Below, piece by piece: positions 55,132 through 64,000 of a stretch of DNA of 64,000 nucleotides. Position numbers and translations under genes: made by a program. Within the stretch, counting starts at the first letter, position 1. Every line of letters starts with the position of its first letter. Under the pieces are notes generated by a model. That model was not told the DNA's origin, searched no databases, and saw nothing but the letters and a program-made list of their open reading frames with translations. The DNA is taken from positions 2,358 to 66,357 of IMG/VR virus record IMGVR_UViG_3300025905_000003; one strand, 5' to 3'. Origin of the DNA: a virus (lineage: Duplodnaviria; Caudoviricetes).

Positions 55132-56248
55132 TGCGTAGGGTATCCTTAAATTTGGGTTTAGGGACCTTGCCAGTCCTACACTCGAATAGTTCTTTATTCG
55201 CGAATTTATTACAGACTGCTAGAAACTCGTCTATAGTCATGTCTATACGTTCTAGGATACATCCGATGGGCTTACCCAAATACGTGGTAGGATACTTCCC
55301 ATCATATAAGAGAACCATTTCCTTACCTTCATCCCTCGTAATTCTACCTCGTTTGATGTGATTGTTAACGAGATCAGTGCATCTTCCAAATCCAAACTTG
55401 AGATACTTAAAATAATCGTGGATGCCGGTTTGATAGTTATCAAGGTTTTCATAGTCATACCCCACGCCCTCTACAGGGCCATACCATGTTTTAAACCCAT
55501 GCCTAGATGATATGATTGCGTTTTCCAACCCGTCCCAAGGAAAAAATTGGCCTAGCCAGACGCAATTTGTAGTTTTGTCGGTTAAATCTGGATACGTATA
55601 TAATTCTAGTTCTTGACGCGTGGCCATACCAAGGTCTATAAGGTCGGTTACTCTTAACCCATTTAGTCCGCCAAATTCTTGTAGCCATCGGTTTGTTAAC
55701 TTTATAGCTTGTTGCGCCTTATGAGGCCCGCCATACTCTTGCTGTGGGTTTTCACCATATATAATCAAAGGTATATCTAACTTTACAGACATAATAATAG
55801 GTATAGTGAATATAGTTACGTGCTCAGCCCAAGATATGTCACCAATTTCTTGTAAAGTATACTTATTGAGTTTACGGCGCAGCCTATTATTTGTATTAAC
55901 TTCAATAATATCAACCCCAAGGTTGCCAATATTATTAAGGTTGTCCCTACCAATGCCAGACAGATCATCAGTAGTAGCACATAAAGCCAATGGATTAAGG
56001 CCATATTCCTTTGCCTTTATAACTTGGTATGTACTGTCTTTGCCTCCCGACACGGGTATAATACAGTGATACTGATATTTATCTTCTAGTCTTTTATTAC
56101 ATAAGTATCTAAATTCTTTTTCTCTGGCTTCCCAATCTATCTTTACACGGTTCTTATAGGCTATACATGCGCTACATTCGCCCGTTGCAGGGTCAAAATA
56201 TAAATCAGGCTTAGTATCAGGATATAAACAAGTACTACAGTATTTCAT
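55124..56248 (-). CDS. pseA: N-acetyl sugar amidotransferase (PseA/WbuX/PtmG family)
   Basis: M.YC..C..P.T.P, PP-loop IPVSGGKDS, GD......H, GEN...EYGG, Y.KY.KFGFGR. Confidence 0.88.
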   Translation of the reverse strand: MKYCSTCLYPDTKPDLYFDPATGECSACIAYKNRVKIDWEAREKEFRYLCNKRLEDKYQYHCIIPVSGGKDSTYQVIKAKEYGLNPLALCATTDDLSGIGRDNLNNIGNLGVDIIEVNTNNRLRRKLNKYTLQEIGDISWAEHVTIFTIPIIMSVKLDIPLIIYGENPQQEYGGPHKAQQAIKLTNRWLQEFGGLNGLRVTDLIDLGMATRQELELYTYPDLTDKTTNCVWLGQFFPWDGLENAIISSRHGFKTWYGPVEGVGYDYENLDNYQTGIHDYFKYLKFGFGRCTDLVNNHIKRGRITRDEGKEMVLLYDGKYPTTYLGKPIGCILERIDMTIDEFLAVCNKFANKELFECRTGKVPKPKFKDTLRNA

Positions 56249-56544
56249 ACTATTTTACCTAATTCTCTCATCTTTTGGAGTAACACAGTCATAGCATTAT
56301 AGAAAGACTGAGTATCTTCTATTGTCATAAGTACTGCGTGCGTTGCATGATCTTTATTTAACGTTTGGTTTTTCTCTACAAAAGTGTATCTAACAACTGT
56401 TGATTTATCGTTAAGAATGGGTGTAAGATATACACCCTGCGCAAACTGAGCCCTTATCTTGTATATACCCTCCATAAGCTCTCTGTCGTAAGCAGAGATT
56501 TCAACTGGTTGGCCCGGTTTATTTGGTTTTTTGTTTTTTCTCAT
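56245..56544 (-). CDS. hypothetical protein
   Basis: ORF track; overlaps both neighbours. Confidence 0.65.
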   Translation of the reverse strand: MRKNKKPNKPGQPVEISAYDRELMEGIYKIRAQFAQGVYLTPILNDKSTVVRYTFVEKNQTLNKDHATHAVLMTIEDTQSFYNAMTVLLQKMRELGKIV

Positions 56545-57572
56545 GATAAATGCTCCACTTTTAACGCGGTTCCTGCTTTAAGTTTCATAGTAGCCCTGTG
56601 CCCACTAATTACCCAAGTAAGCTTAGAAGCCTCCATTCCTAAGCCTGGTCTAATAGATCTGACGTTACCCATTGTAAACGCCTCGCCCTCTTCTATGTCT
56701 CTAACAACATAAAGAGAACGTCTAAACTGTCTAGAGGGTACTTCTTCGGGCAATACAGTTCTAAAAGTAGCCTCGGCTGCTTGCCGGCAATACATACAAT
56801 AAAGTTTAAATTCGTGGGGATGTAGCGAAAAACTTTCATCCTCCGAGTGCGTCCCCTGCAAGGCTAGGTGTTTCTCAAGCATTACAGCCCCAAGGGCGGC
56901 AGCGAGCGGGCCGGCAATGATCCCCCTAGTGTGATCCGAGAAGCCTACAGGGAGCCCGAAAACGTCCCCTAGCGTCTTAATCTTGTGAAGGTTGCAGCGG
57001 TCTAACTTAGTAGGATAGGCAGAGATACAGTGTAATAGAATTACGTTTTCTGGATTGCAACACGCCACAGCGTCTTCTATCTCAGGGATGCTCGCCATAC
57101 CTGTAGATAAAACCATAGGCTTATTTTGTTTTGCTATGTGTCTTATCAAAAAAGTATCTGTTAGCTCAAAGCTAGCTATCTTAAAAGCCTCTAGTTTTAT
57201 GTAGTTAGGAGCCCAAGGTGAGAATACACTAGCAAAAATAGGTATGCCTATAGTTTCTGCATGTAAAATTAATTCTCTGCCCATCTGGTAAGTTGTTTGT
57301 GTTTTCTCATATAAATCATATAAGTTTCTGCCCGCCCATGTGCCCTCTAAGATATCAAACCCATTAGCTAAAGCCTTGCCTCGGTCTACTTTAATAGTCA
57401 TATCATCAGGTGTATATACTTGTATCTTTACCGCGTCGGCTCCTGCGGCCTTGGCTTCTTCTATGAGAATTTTAGCTTGAGATAGGTCACCCTCGTGATT
57501 GCACGATATCTCTGCTACAATAAAAGGATGTTTATCGTGGCCTATATCTTTACCTAGAAAGCTAGTTAGCAT
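56541..57572 (-). CDS. pseI: pseudaminic acid synthase (NeuB family) with SAF domain
   Basis: IVAEIS.NH.G, GADAVK.Q.Y, W.G..LYDLY, KIASFE, STGMA, LHC.S.YP, G.SDHT, EKH, D..FSL.P.EF, FRRSLYV. Confidence 0.92.
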   Translation of the reverse strand: MLTSFLGKDIGHDKHPFIVAEISCNHEGDLSQAKILIEEAKAAGADAVKIQVYTPDDMTIKVDRGKALANGFDILEGTWAGRNLYDLYEKTQTTYQMGRELILHAETIGIPIFASVFSPWAPNYIKLEAFKIASFELTDTFLIRHIAKQNKPMVLSTGMASIPEIEDAVACCNPENVILLHCISAYPTKLDRCNLHKIKTLGDVFGLPVGFSDHTRGIIAGPLAAALGAVMLEKHLALQGTHSEDESFSLHPHEFKLYCMYCRQAAEATFRTVLPEEVPSRQFRRSLYVVRDIEEGEAFTMGNVRSIRPGLGMEASKLTWVISGHRATMKLKAGTALKVEHLS

Positions 57573-57778
57573 TAATACCACCTAAGCGTGTTGTATATAA
57601 TAGCTGCTATCACACATATCATTATAACAGTTAACGTTATAGGCCATAACAATACAACACTCATTAAGAATAGTCTTTCTCCAGGTCTTTCGTTTATGTG
57701 CCAAGATAAGTCTACTAGCTCGCAAACTAGTATGATCCCTGTTAAATAGATAAAAGTATATATAAATATCTCTAGCAT
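57572..57778 (-). CDS. small two-TM membrane protein
   Basis: ORF track; hydrophobic; overlaps pseC end and pseI start. Confidence 0.55.
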   Translation of the reverse strand: MLEIFIYTFIYLTGIILVCELVDLSWHINERPGERLFLMSVVLLWPITLTVIMICVIAAIIYNTLRWY

Positions 57779-58442
57779 TCTTCGTCGGGCTCCCCACCAC
57801 AGGCTTTAATCTTTGATAGATCTGGGTAGTCATCGTTAGGTAATGGTAAATTATGCTTAGGTAGATGCATCATTCTGACTAGGCCTTCAGCGGCTATTTC
57901 AGGTGACATATACATATGATAGCCGGTTATCATGCCCGTGTCGTCTTTGGGAGGTATGCCTTCTGTGCGGCCATCAAATCTGGCTTTTCTAAACCACCTA
58001 TCAGCGACAGCGTTAGCATGTAATATAGCGCCACCTTGCTGTATGCCTAACGTTTTTGACCAATGGAAAGAAACACAAATCATAGGGAAATCACCCTCCC
58101 CCACCAATTGAGGCCCTACCCTGTTACATACGTTATAAAATAAATTTTTCCACATATTAGAAGTAAATAATCTAGCGCTATCATAAATATTAAGAGGCTT
58201 AAGTTGGTATATACCATTCCATTCTAAGTTCTCGAACTTAGGAACACCTCCAGCATGGATAATCTGCATGGGCACACTACAATAGGTCTTACAGGGGATA
58301 GTGATAGCCATACCATTAAGATGCTGATACTTAAGAGCAAGAAATAAAGCATTGCTACAACTGTTAACTGCCACGGCCAAGGGAGCCCCAGTGTATTCAC
58401 ACAACGCTTTTTCAAAGTCTCTAACAATTTGGAAAGCATTCA

Positions 58443-58443
<1 letters not shown>
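57772..58443 (-). CDS. pseC: short DegT/DnrJ PLP aminotransferase, PseC role
   Basis: FE..L.EY.G...AVAVNSC.NAL.LAL, D(SA), SFH..K.L....GG.I; only 223 aa. Confidence 0.75.
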
Positions 58444-59649
<1,206 letters not shown>

Positions 59650-59653
<4 letters not shown>

Positions 59654-59910
59654 AACTCTAAGTCCTCGTTAGGCGTTGATGGGTCTTCACCGGGAGGATA
59701 CCAGCGAGTGCGCGGCACAGCTCCCCCGGTTAAGGCTTCAATTCTACATGCCATAGGATAGGAGGGATTAGCGATGCCTTGGGCGATCATTCGCGGATAG
59801 CCTATAGAACATGGGACTAGGCGAGCAAAGGCTGCATAGCTCATTTCCGTGACTTCTAGCCATTGCTGCAAGGACATGCCCGGTAATTCGGGCTCTTGGT
59901 CAAATCGCAT
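59650..59910 (-). CDS. Cro/YdaS-like HTH transcriptional regulator
   Basis: L..WL.....S...FA..V..S......I..G...PS...A..IE..T.G.V. Confidence 0.8.
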
Positions 59911-59936
59911 TCACCCCGACCACTAAAACTATTCGC

Positions 59937-59979
59937 CTCGTATATACGAGTGATAGACCATCCCCCGTTATGCTGTCAA
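59937..59979 (-). promoter_or_regulatory. promoter of the cro-like/pse operon with a palindromic operator over the start site
   Basis: TTGACA-N18-TATCAC; perfect palindrome CTCGTATATACGAG at 59937-59950. Confidence 0.6.
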
Positions 59980-59984
59980 GTGGT

Positions 59985-60230
59985 TTATTCTTCAAAATCG
60001 ATCAAATCGAGAAACTCGTTATATTCAAGCGAATTAAGATAGGTTTCTATCTTGGCGCACGCTTTATATGGGTTTCCCGAAGTATTTATATTAGTTATAT
60101 TCTGAATGCATATACGACCAACATATAAATTATAGTCTCTTGATTTTATATTAAACGTGCGCTTTATATTTTTTGCGCCGCAGTGGTCGCATTCTCTAAC
60201 GTGTTCATCAATTCTAACTTTTATTTTCAT
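59985..60230 (-). CDS. small Cys-containing hypothetical protein (CDHC...C)
   Basis: ORF track. Confidence 0.65.
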   Translation of the reverse strand: MKIKVRIDEHVRECDHCGAKNIKRTFNIKSRDYNLYVGRICIQNITNINTSGNPYKACAKIETYLNSLEYNEFLDLIDFEE

Positions 60231-60247
60231 CTTGCCCTGCCTCTATA

Positions 60248-60287
60248 AATAGTGAAGCGCGCCACTTGGACGCGCTCCACCACTATT
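60248..60287 (-). terminator. hairpin terminator after 60309..60929
   Basis: Minus-strand GTGGAGCGCG/CGCGCTTCAC stem with flanking AATAGTG/CACTATT. Confidence 0.55.
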
Positions 60288-60308
60288 ACCCTAAATGAGA
60301 GAGAAAAC

Positions 60309-60929
60309 TTAGAGCAATGAGTCCAGGTCGTCTTCTTTGTCGAGTTGGATGCGCTTGGACTTGATTTCCTGATAAGACTTCTGGAACAGCGGCTTGGCCA
60401 TCAGCTTTTTAACGTACTCGGTACGCTCGGCCTTGGGCATGCTTTCCAGTTTAATCTTAAAGTTAGCCTTTTGGTCCTCCGTCATAGCTTTAACGGCCGA
60501 ACCCTTAGCATCCGTGTGGCCCTTCTTTGCCTTGAATGCCATGGCAGCGGCCATTGCATCCACATAAAGGCTAACGTCCAACTTCTTACCAGGACCCTTA
60601 CCCTCGGCAGCCTTGGCATACATCTTACCCTCGACGAGATCCTTGTAAACCCCATCGATAAGGGTAATCATGTTGTCGTTTTCGTCAGCATGGTTATTAA
60701 CATGCTGCTTTGCCTTCGTGGCGAAAGCATACATAACCAACTGATGCTGAACCTCGGTAGGAATGTGCGACAGCGAGTAAGTCTTTTTCTCGCCAGTCTT
60801 GGTTGCAGTGATAACTACGCCAGTAACGCCCTTCGGAACCCGCTTGAAGTCCTCTTTCGTCGCGTCAGCAAATGCTACCGCGATCGGACCCTTGTTACGC
60901 TCGCCCTTTGGGGCAGTCTGAGTTGCCAT
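60309..60929 (-). CDS. Lys/Ala-rich hypothetical protein with GC-richer codon usage
   Basis: AGGAGAG SD; visibly GC-richer than its neighbours. Confidence 0.8.
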   Translation of the reverse strand: MATQTAPKGERNKGPIAVAFADATKEDFKRVPKGVTGVVITATKTGEKKTYSLSHIPTEVQHQLVMYAFATKAKQHVNNHADENDNMITLIDGVYKDLVEGKMYAKAAEGKGPGKKLDVSLYVDAMAAAMAFKAKKGHTDAKGSAVKAMTEDQKANFKIKLESMPKAERTEYVKKLMAKPLFQKSYQEIKSKRIQLDKEDDLDSLL

Positions 60930-60996
60930 TTTAGTCTCTCCTAGTTGGTGTCATGTCTAAGTCGATAATTGAATATAGTCCCTCAGGTGATTTGCG

Positions 60997-61416
60997 TCAA
61001 CTCATTTTGACAGGATTTTCTATTATTTCTTTGATTGACGGGTGCCCCACAACCAAATCAAGAAAAGGCTCCATCTTGACAGCCTTGTGTTGCATTTCGG
61101 GCCGCTCTATCTCAAACCGGGGAAGAAACATCATATAGAAATAGTATTGGAGATATTTTCTGGCCAGCTCTGCCCTGGATACTTTAATTTTGCCATCTTT
61201 ATGGGGTTTATATACAATATAGCCTTGTTGCTCCAAGTCGTGTGATATATACAACTCGTGCTTTAGCCAAAATCTCACGTTTTCTATTTTCTTATATTTT
61301 CCCTCGGCTGTTAATTCTCTGTAAAACTTTTGCTCTGGTGTCTCATTGCTAGGAATGTTAGAGGCCCCTAGGCCATCTAGCATATCGTCTAGGTCTAGAT
61401 CAAAATCGTCGTCCAT
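60997..61416 (-). CDS. hypothetical protein with acidic N-terminus
   Basis: GAGGG SD before ATG 61416. Confidence 0.65.
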   Translation of the reverse strand: MDDDFDLDLDDMLDGLGASNIPSNETPEQKFYRELTAEGKYKKIENVRFWLKHELYISHDLEQQGYIVYKPHKDGKIKVSRAELARKYLQYYFYMMFLPRFEIERPEMQHKAVKMEPFLDLVVGHPSIKEIIENPVKMS

Positions 61417-61448
61417 AGCTGTCCCTCGGCTAGAGTTGTATAACGTTC

Positions 61449-61664
61449 TTACCATCTGCCCCTTAGAACGTCAAGGGGAGCTATACGCTTGAACCTAACT
61501 TTCTTGTCAGGGTATGTATATTCAAGATAACACTTAACGTTGGACAAGTCGTCTGCTTTGCTAAAGAGTTGTGCATACCTCCCGCCTTCGGGCCGCCAAG
61601 CCCAGACGCGGGCTTTCTTATATACAACCCCTTCGGGTTGATTATTAATTAATACTTTATACAT
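61449..61664 (-). CDS. hypothetical protein
   Basis: ORF track; AGGAG SD. Confidence 0.65.
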   Translation of the reverse strand: MYKVLINNQPEGVVYKKARVWAWRPEGGRYAQLFSKADDLSNVKCYLEYTYPDKKVRFKRIAPLDVLRGRW

Positions 61665-61890
61665 TGAAGCTCCTATTTCTTTCTAGTTTGGCTTGTTCTG
61701 TATAATACCCGCCCCATAAATAGATAGCATGGGCTAGGTCGCTGCGAGCATCACTCTCAGGTAAACACTTAATACCTAAAAATATAAAGTAGCAGCCAAC
61801 GTTAGATCTAATCTTATATACATTACGAAGGACTAAGTTTCTAGATCTAATCCAAAGAATATATACAACTAGAATTAGGTCCCGTGCCAT
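61657..61890 (-). CDS. hypothetical protein
   Basis: ORF track; GAGGGAG SD. Confidence 0.5.
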   Translation of the reverse strand: MARDLILVVYILWIRSRNLVLRNVYKIRSNVGCYFIFLGIKCLPESDARSDLAHAIYLWGGYYTEQAKLERNRSFNV

Positions 61891-61905
61891 AGTTGTAGCT
61901 CCCTC

Positions 61906-62754
61906 TTAAGTTTGATTATGCCTGTGCTTGTTTATCATACCTTGCACCCACTGTACAGGGTCCGTAAGCATTAACGCGTTGGCAAGGTGGCCACCTGTGA
62001 TTAATACGTCTTGTGGGTCCATGCTAACTACTTCTCTAATACGGTCGCCATAATCTGGGCGATTGGCGCCGCGCGTATCATTAAACATCCAATTAACATA
62101 GCCTTTCCTACCGCCCGCCATTGCATCTACTGCGGCATGGCTAAGCCTACGGGAGTAGCTTACGCTTGTAAGCATATAAACCGCGCGGCCAAGGTCCATA
62201 GGCCTAGAGGCAACGCGCACGATTGGCACATATACTTCATTGATGGGACGGCTAGAATGATGCATCGGTGTAATGGTGTATAGATCTACAGGTCTCATGC
62301 TTTCCATTGCCAACACGAAAGCTAAAACCGCGATACCACGGTTAATAATCTCGCGATCACTAACGCCAGCCGACACGGTTGTCTCTACATAAACAGATAA
62401 CGGCGCCACAGCGTTAGGCTCTTCTATCCAGCCTCGGTTATACATGCAATCAGGCCTACCAGCTATCACAGCTGGTACGTTTGGGATAAAGCCAACCACT
62501 GAAGACTGCATAATAGGCTTAGCATTAGTTAAAATATCATCTATCTCTAGTTGGGATATAATTTGCTCGGCTCGCGCTAGATGCTCAGTTGAACCCTTAG
62601 TAAGGATGTCGGCTGCAACCTTCATAGTCTTGCCAGCCCAAGAATTATAGTCCCCTGAACGGTCTATATCTGGGTTTTGCTGCCATTGGTCGATAATCCA
62701 ATCACCATAGGCTTCGGGACTATCAAAGTGTTTGATGTCTACTATTGGTTTCAT
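61906..62754 (-). CDS. vWA-like partner of MoxR ATPase
   Basis: VVGF.PNVPA.IAG.P..M, RG.A.LA....L pattern; directly downstream of the AAA+ gene. Confidence 0.7.
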   Translation of the reverse strand: MKPIVDIKHFDSPEAYGDWIIDQWQQNPDIDRSGDYNSWAGKTMKVAADILTKGSTEHLARAEQIISQLEIDDILTNAKPIMQSSVVGFIPNVPAVIAGRPDCMYNRGWIEEPNAVAPLSVYVETTVSAGVSDREIINRGIAVLAFVLAMESMRPVDLYTITPMHHSSRPINEVYVPIVRVASRPMDLGRAVYMLTSVSYSRRLSHAAVDAMAGGRKGYVNWMFNDTRGANRPDYGDRIREVVSMDPQDVLITGGHLANALMLTDPVQWVQGMINKHRHNQT

Positions 62755-62755
62755 C

Positions 62756-64000
62756 TCACGCCCTCTTAGCCTTCAAATCATCTAAGGTAGCTTGTAACAC
62801 ATGTACCAGCGTATTGCTAGGCCTAACTTGGTCCCACTGCGCCTCAGTCATACCCTTTTTGAGTGTGCTGGCCATTACGCGGTCAATACTCAAGCCGGCT
62901 TCGATCAGTGAGCAACCATATATAGACGCGCGTGGCGTGATCATGACGTTTTTAAACGAGCGCGCTGCGACATTAGACCTAACTTCGCGCACGATATCAA
63001 GCCAATCACTGATTGGGCACAGTGCAGCCTCTAGAGCCTCATCAAGCGGCCAATCCAACATATTGAAACGGTCTAGTGTGGCAACGTCTAGCCTATTGCG
63101 GCCAACGTATTCGGTTCCGCCACCTAGGCCCGTAGTATTGGCGCCGGCAATTATACAACAGTCCTTATGGCGGGCAATCATGCCGTCAGGAAAAGAGCAC
63201 ACGCCATTGGCCAAGGCGCCATTTAGGGCTAGAGCTGCGCCGGGTTGAAACCCATCTATTTCGTCTAGCATCATTACTCCGCCGTGTTCCCAGGCTTGGC
63301 GGAACATGGTGCCTTGGTATTTGCCGTGCGCGTCCATATAACCGAGTACCTGAAACCCAGTCTCTAGGTTAGATTGTAAGTAAAAGTTTAAACCTAACGC
63401 GTTGGCGACTATCTTCGCGGCTGTAGTCTTACCTGTGCCCGGGGGGCCATACAACCAGATATTAGACCTATTACCATTAACGCGCGCTTGCACCATAGCT
63501 AGTAAGTCTGGGAAGTTTTTGTGTTGTATGCCCAGCGCTTTAACAAACGTTGAACCCTCTTTAAGTTCAACGATAGTCGGGCGATTTTCTTGGATTTTAG
63601 CTATTTCTTCAGTTACATAAGTCTCTATGAGTTGTTGCGCAGCTTCAAAGCGTTCTTTTAGATATTGCTTGGACGCGTAGTCTTTTTGCTCTAGCTGGGT
63701 ATTGGTAACATACATATGCAGCACGCTGTTCATAAGGCGAACAACGTCAGCCTCGTTTATCTTTGGGCCATTGTCAGTTGTATCTGCGTTTTCTTCTGCA
63801 GCTTGTTCCGCCGCGTTCTCTTCAATCCGATCAAAGTCAATAGGTGGGCTATTGGTATCATCAAGGTCATTCAACATATCGTCTAACTTGCCCAGCGACC
63901 TATCGCCCATAACTTTATTTTTATTACGCGAGCCCTGAGGGCGACCACGGCTCTTTAGTTCGCCGCGTTGATACTTATCGCGCACGCGAATGTGGGCAAC
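62756..64000 (-). CDS. MoxR/CbbQ-type AAA+ ATPase (CobS-like), 5' end beyond the window
   Basis: GPPGTGKT, G...MLDEID, IAGANT.G.G...YVGRN.LD.ATLDRF, TPRAS; frame open to 64000. Confidence 0.9.
   Translation of the reverse strand, partial: VAHIRVRDKYQRGELKSRGRPQGSRNKNKVMGDRSLGKLDDMLNDLDDTNSPPIDFDRIEENAAEQAAEENADTTDNGPKINEADVVRLMNSVLHMYVTNTQLEQKDYASKQYLKERFEAAQQLIETYVTEEIAKIQENRPTIVELKEGSTFVKALGIQHKNFPDLLAMVQARVNGNRSNIWLYGPPGTGKTTAAKIVANALGLNFYLQSNLETGFQVLGYMDAHGKYQGTMFRQAWEHGGVMMLDEIDGFQPGAALALNGALANGVCSFPDGMIARHKDCCIIAGANTTGLGGGTEYVGRNRLDVATLDRFNMLDWPLDEALEAALCPISDWLDIVREVRSNVAARSFKNVMITPRASIYGCSLIEAGLSIDRVMASTLKKGMTEAQWDQVRPSNTLVHVLQATLDDLKAKRA

Noticed and set aside
60345-60944. Plus-strand 199-aa ORF
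   Set aside because: Shadow of the minus-strand gene, which has the SD, terminator and operon context

Overview
The window holds most of the genome of an AT-rich, short-tailed (podovirus-like) dsDNA phage whose morphogenesis module is organised like that of Bcep22-type phages. The host is probably an alphaproteobacterium, inferred from an RcGTA-type head-spike base gene and an RpoD promoter with a GCTAGA-type -10. Layout: leftward small early genes (1-483 and 2524-5587); a ~1.4 kb non-coding control region rich in palindromes and repeats (484-1895); a rightward packaging, head, tail and ejection module (5758-35076); primase and SF3 helicase leftward (35427-37984); rightward class II RNR, SSB, two tRNAs, PolA, nuclease, SNF2 helicase, beta-helix tailspike and lysis genes (38352-51152); a leftward operon (51106-59414); and a Cro-like regulator, early genes and a MoxR/vWA pair (59650-64000). 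No integrase, CRISPR array or transposon was seen. The headline is the leftward operon, which encodes a near-complete CMP-pseudaminic-acid pathway (PseB, PseC, PseH, PseI, PseF, plus PseA-type amidotransferase, HisF2 and Pse-associated methylase; no PseG or HisH). Two Maf/DUF115 nonulosonate-transferase homologues sit inside the head gene cluster right after the major capsid and decoration genes. Together these suggest the phage glycosylates its own virion, or a host surface protein, with a sialic-acid-like sugar. Protein family calls come from motif recognition by eye; no database search was run.
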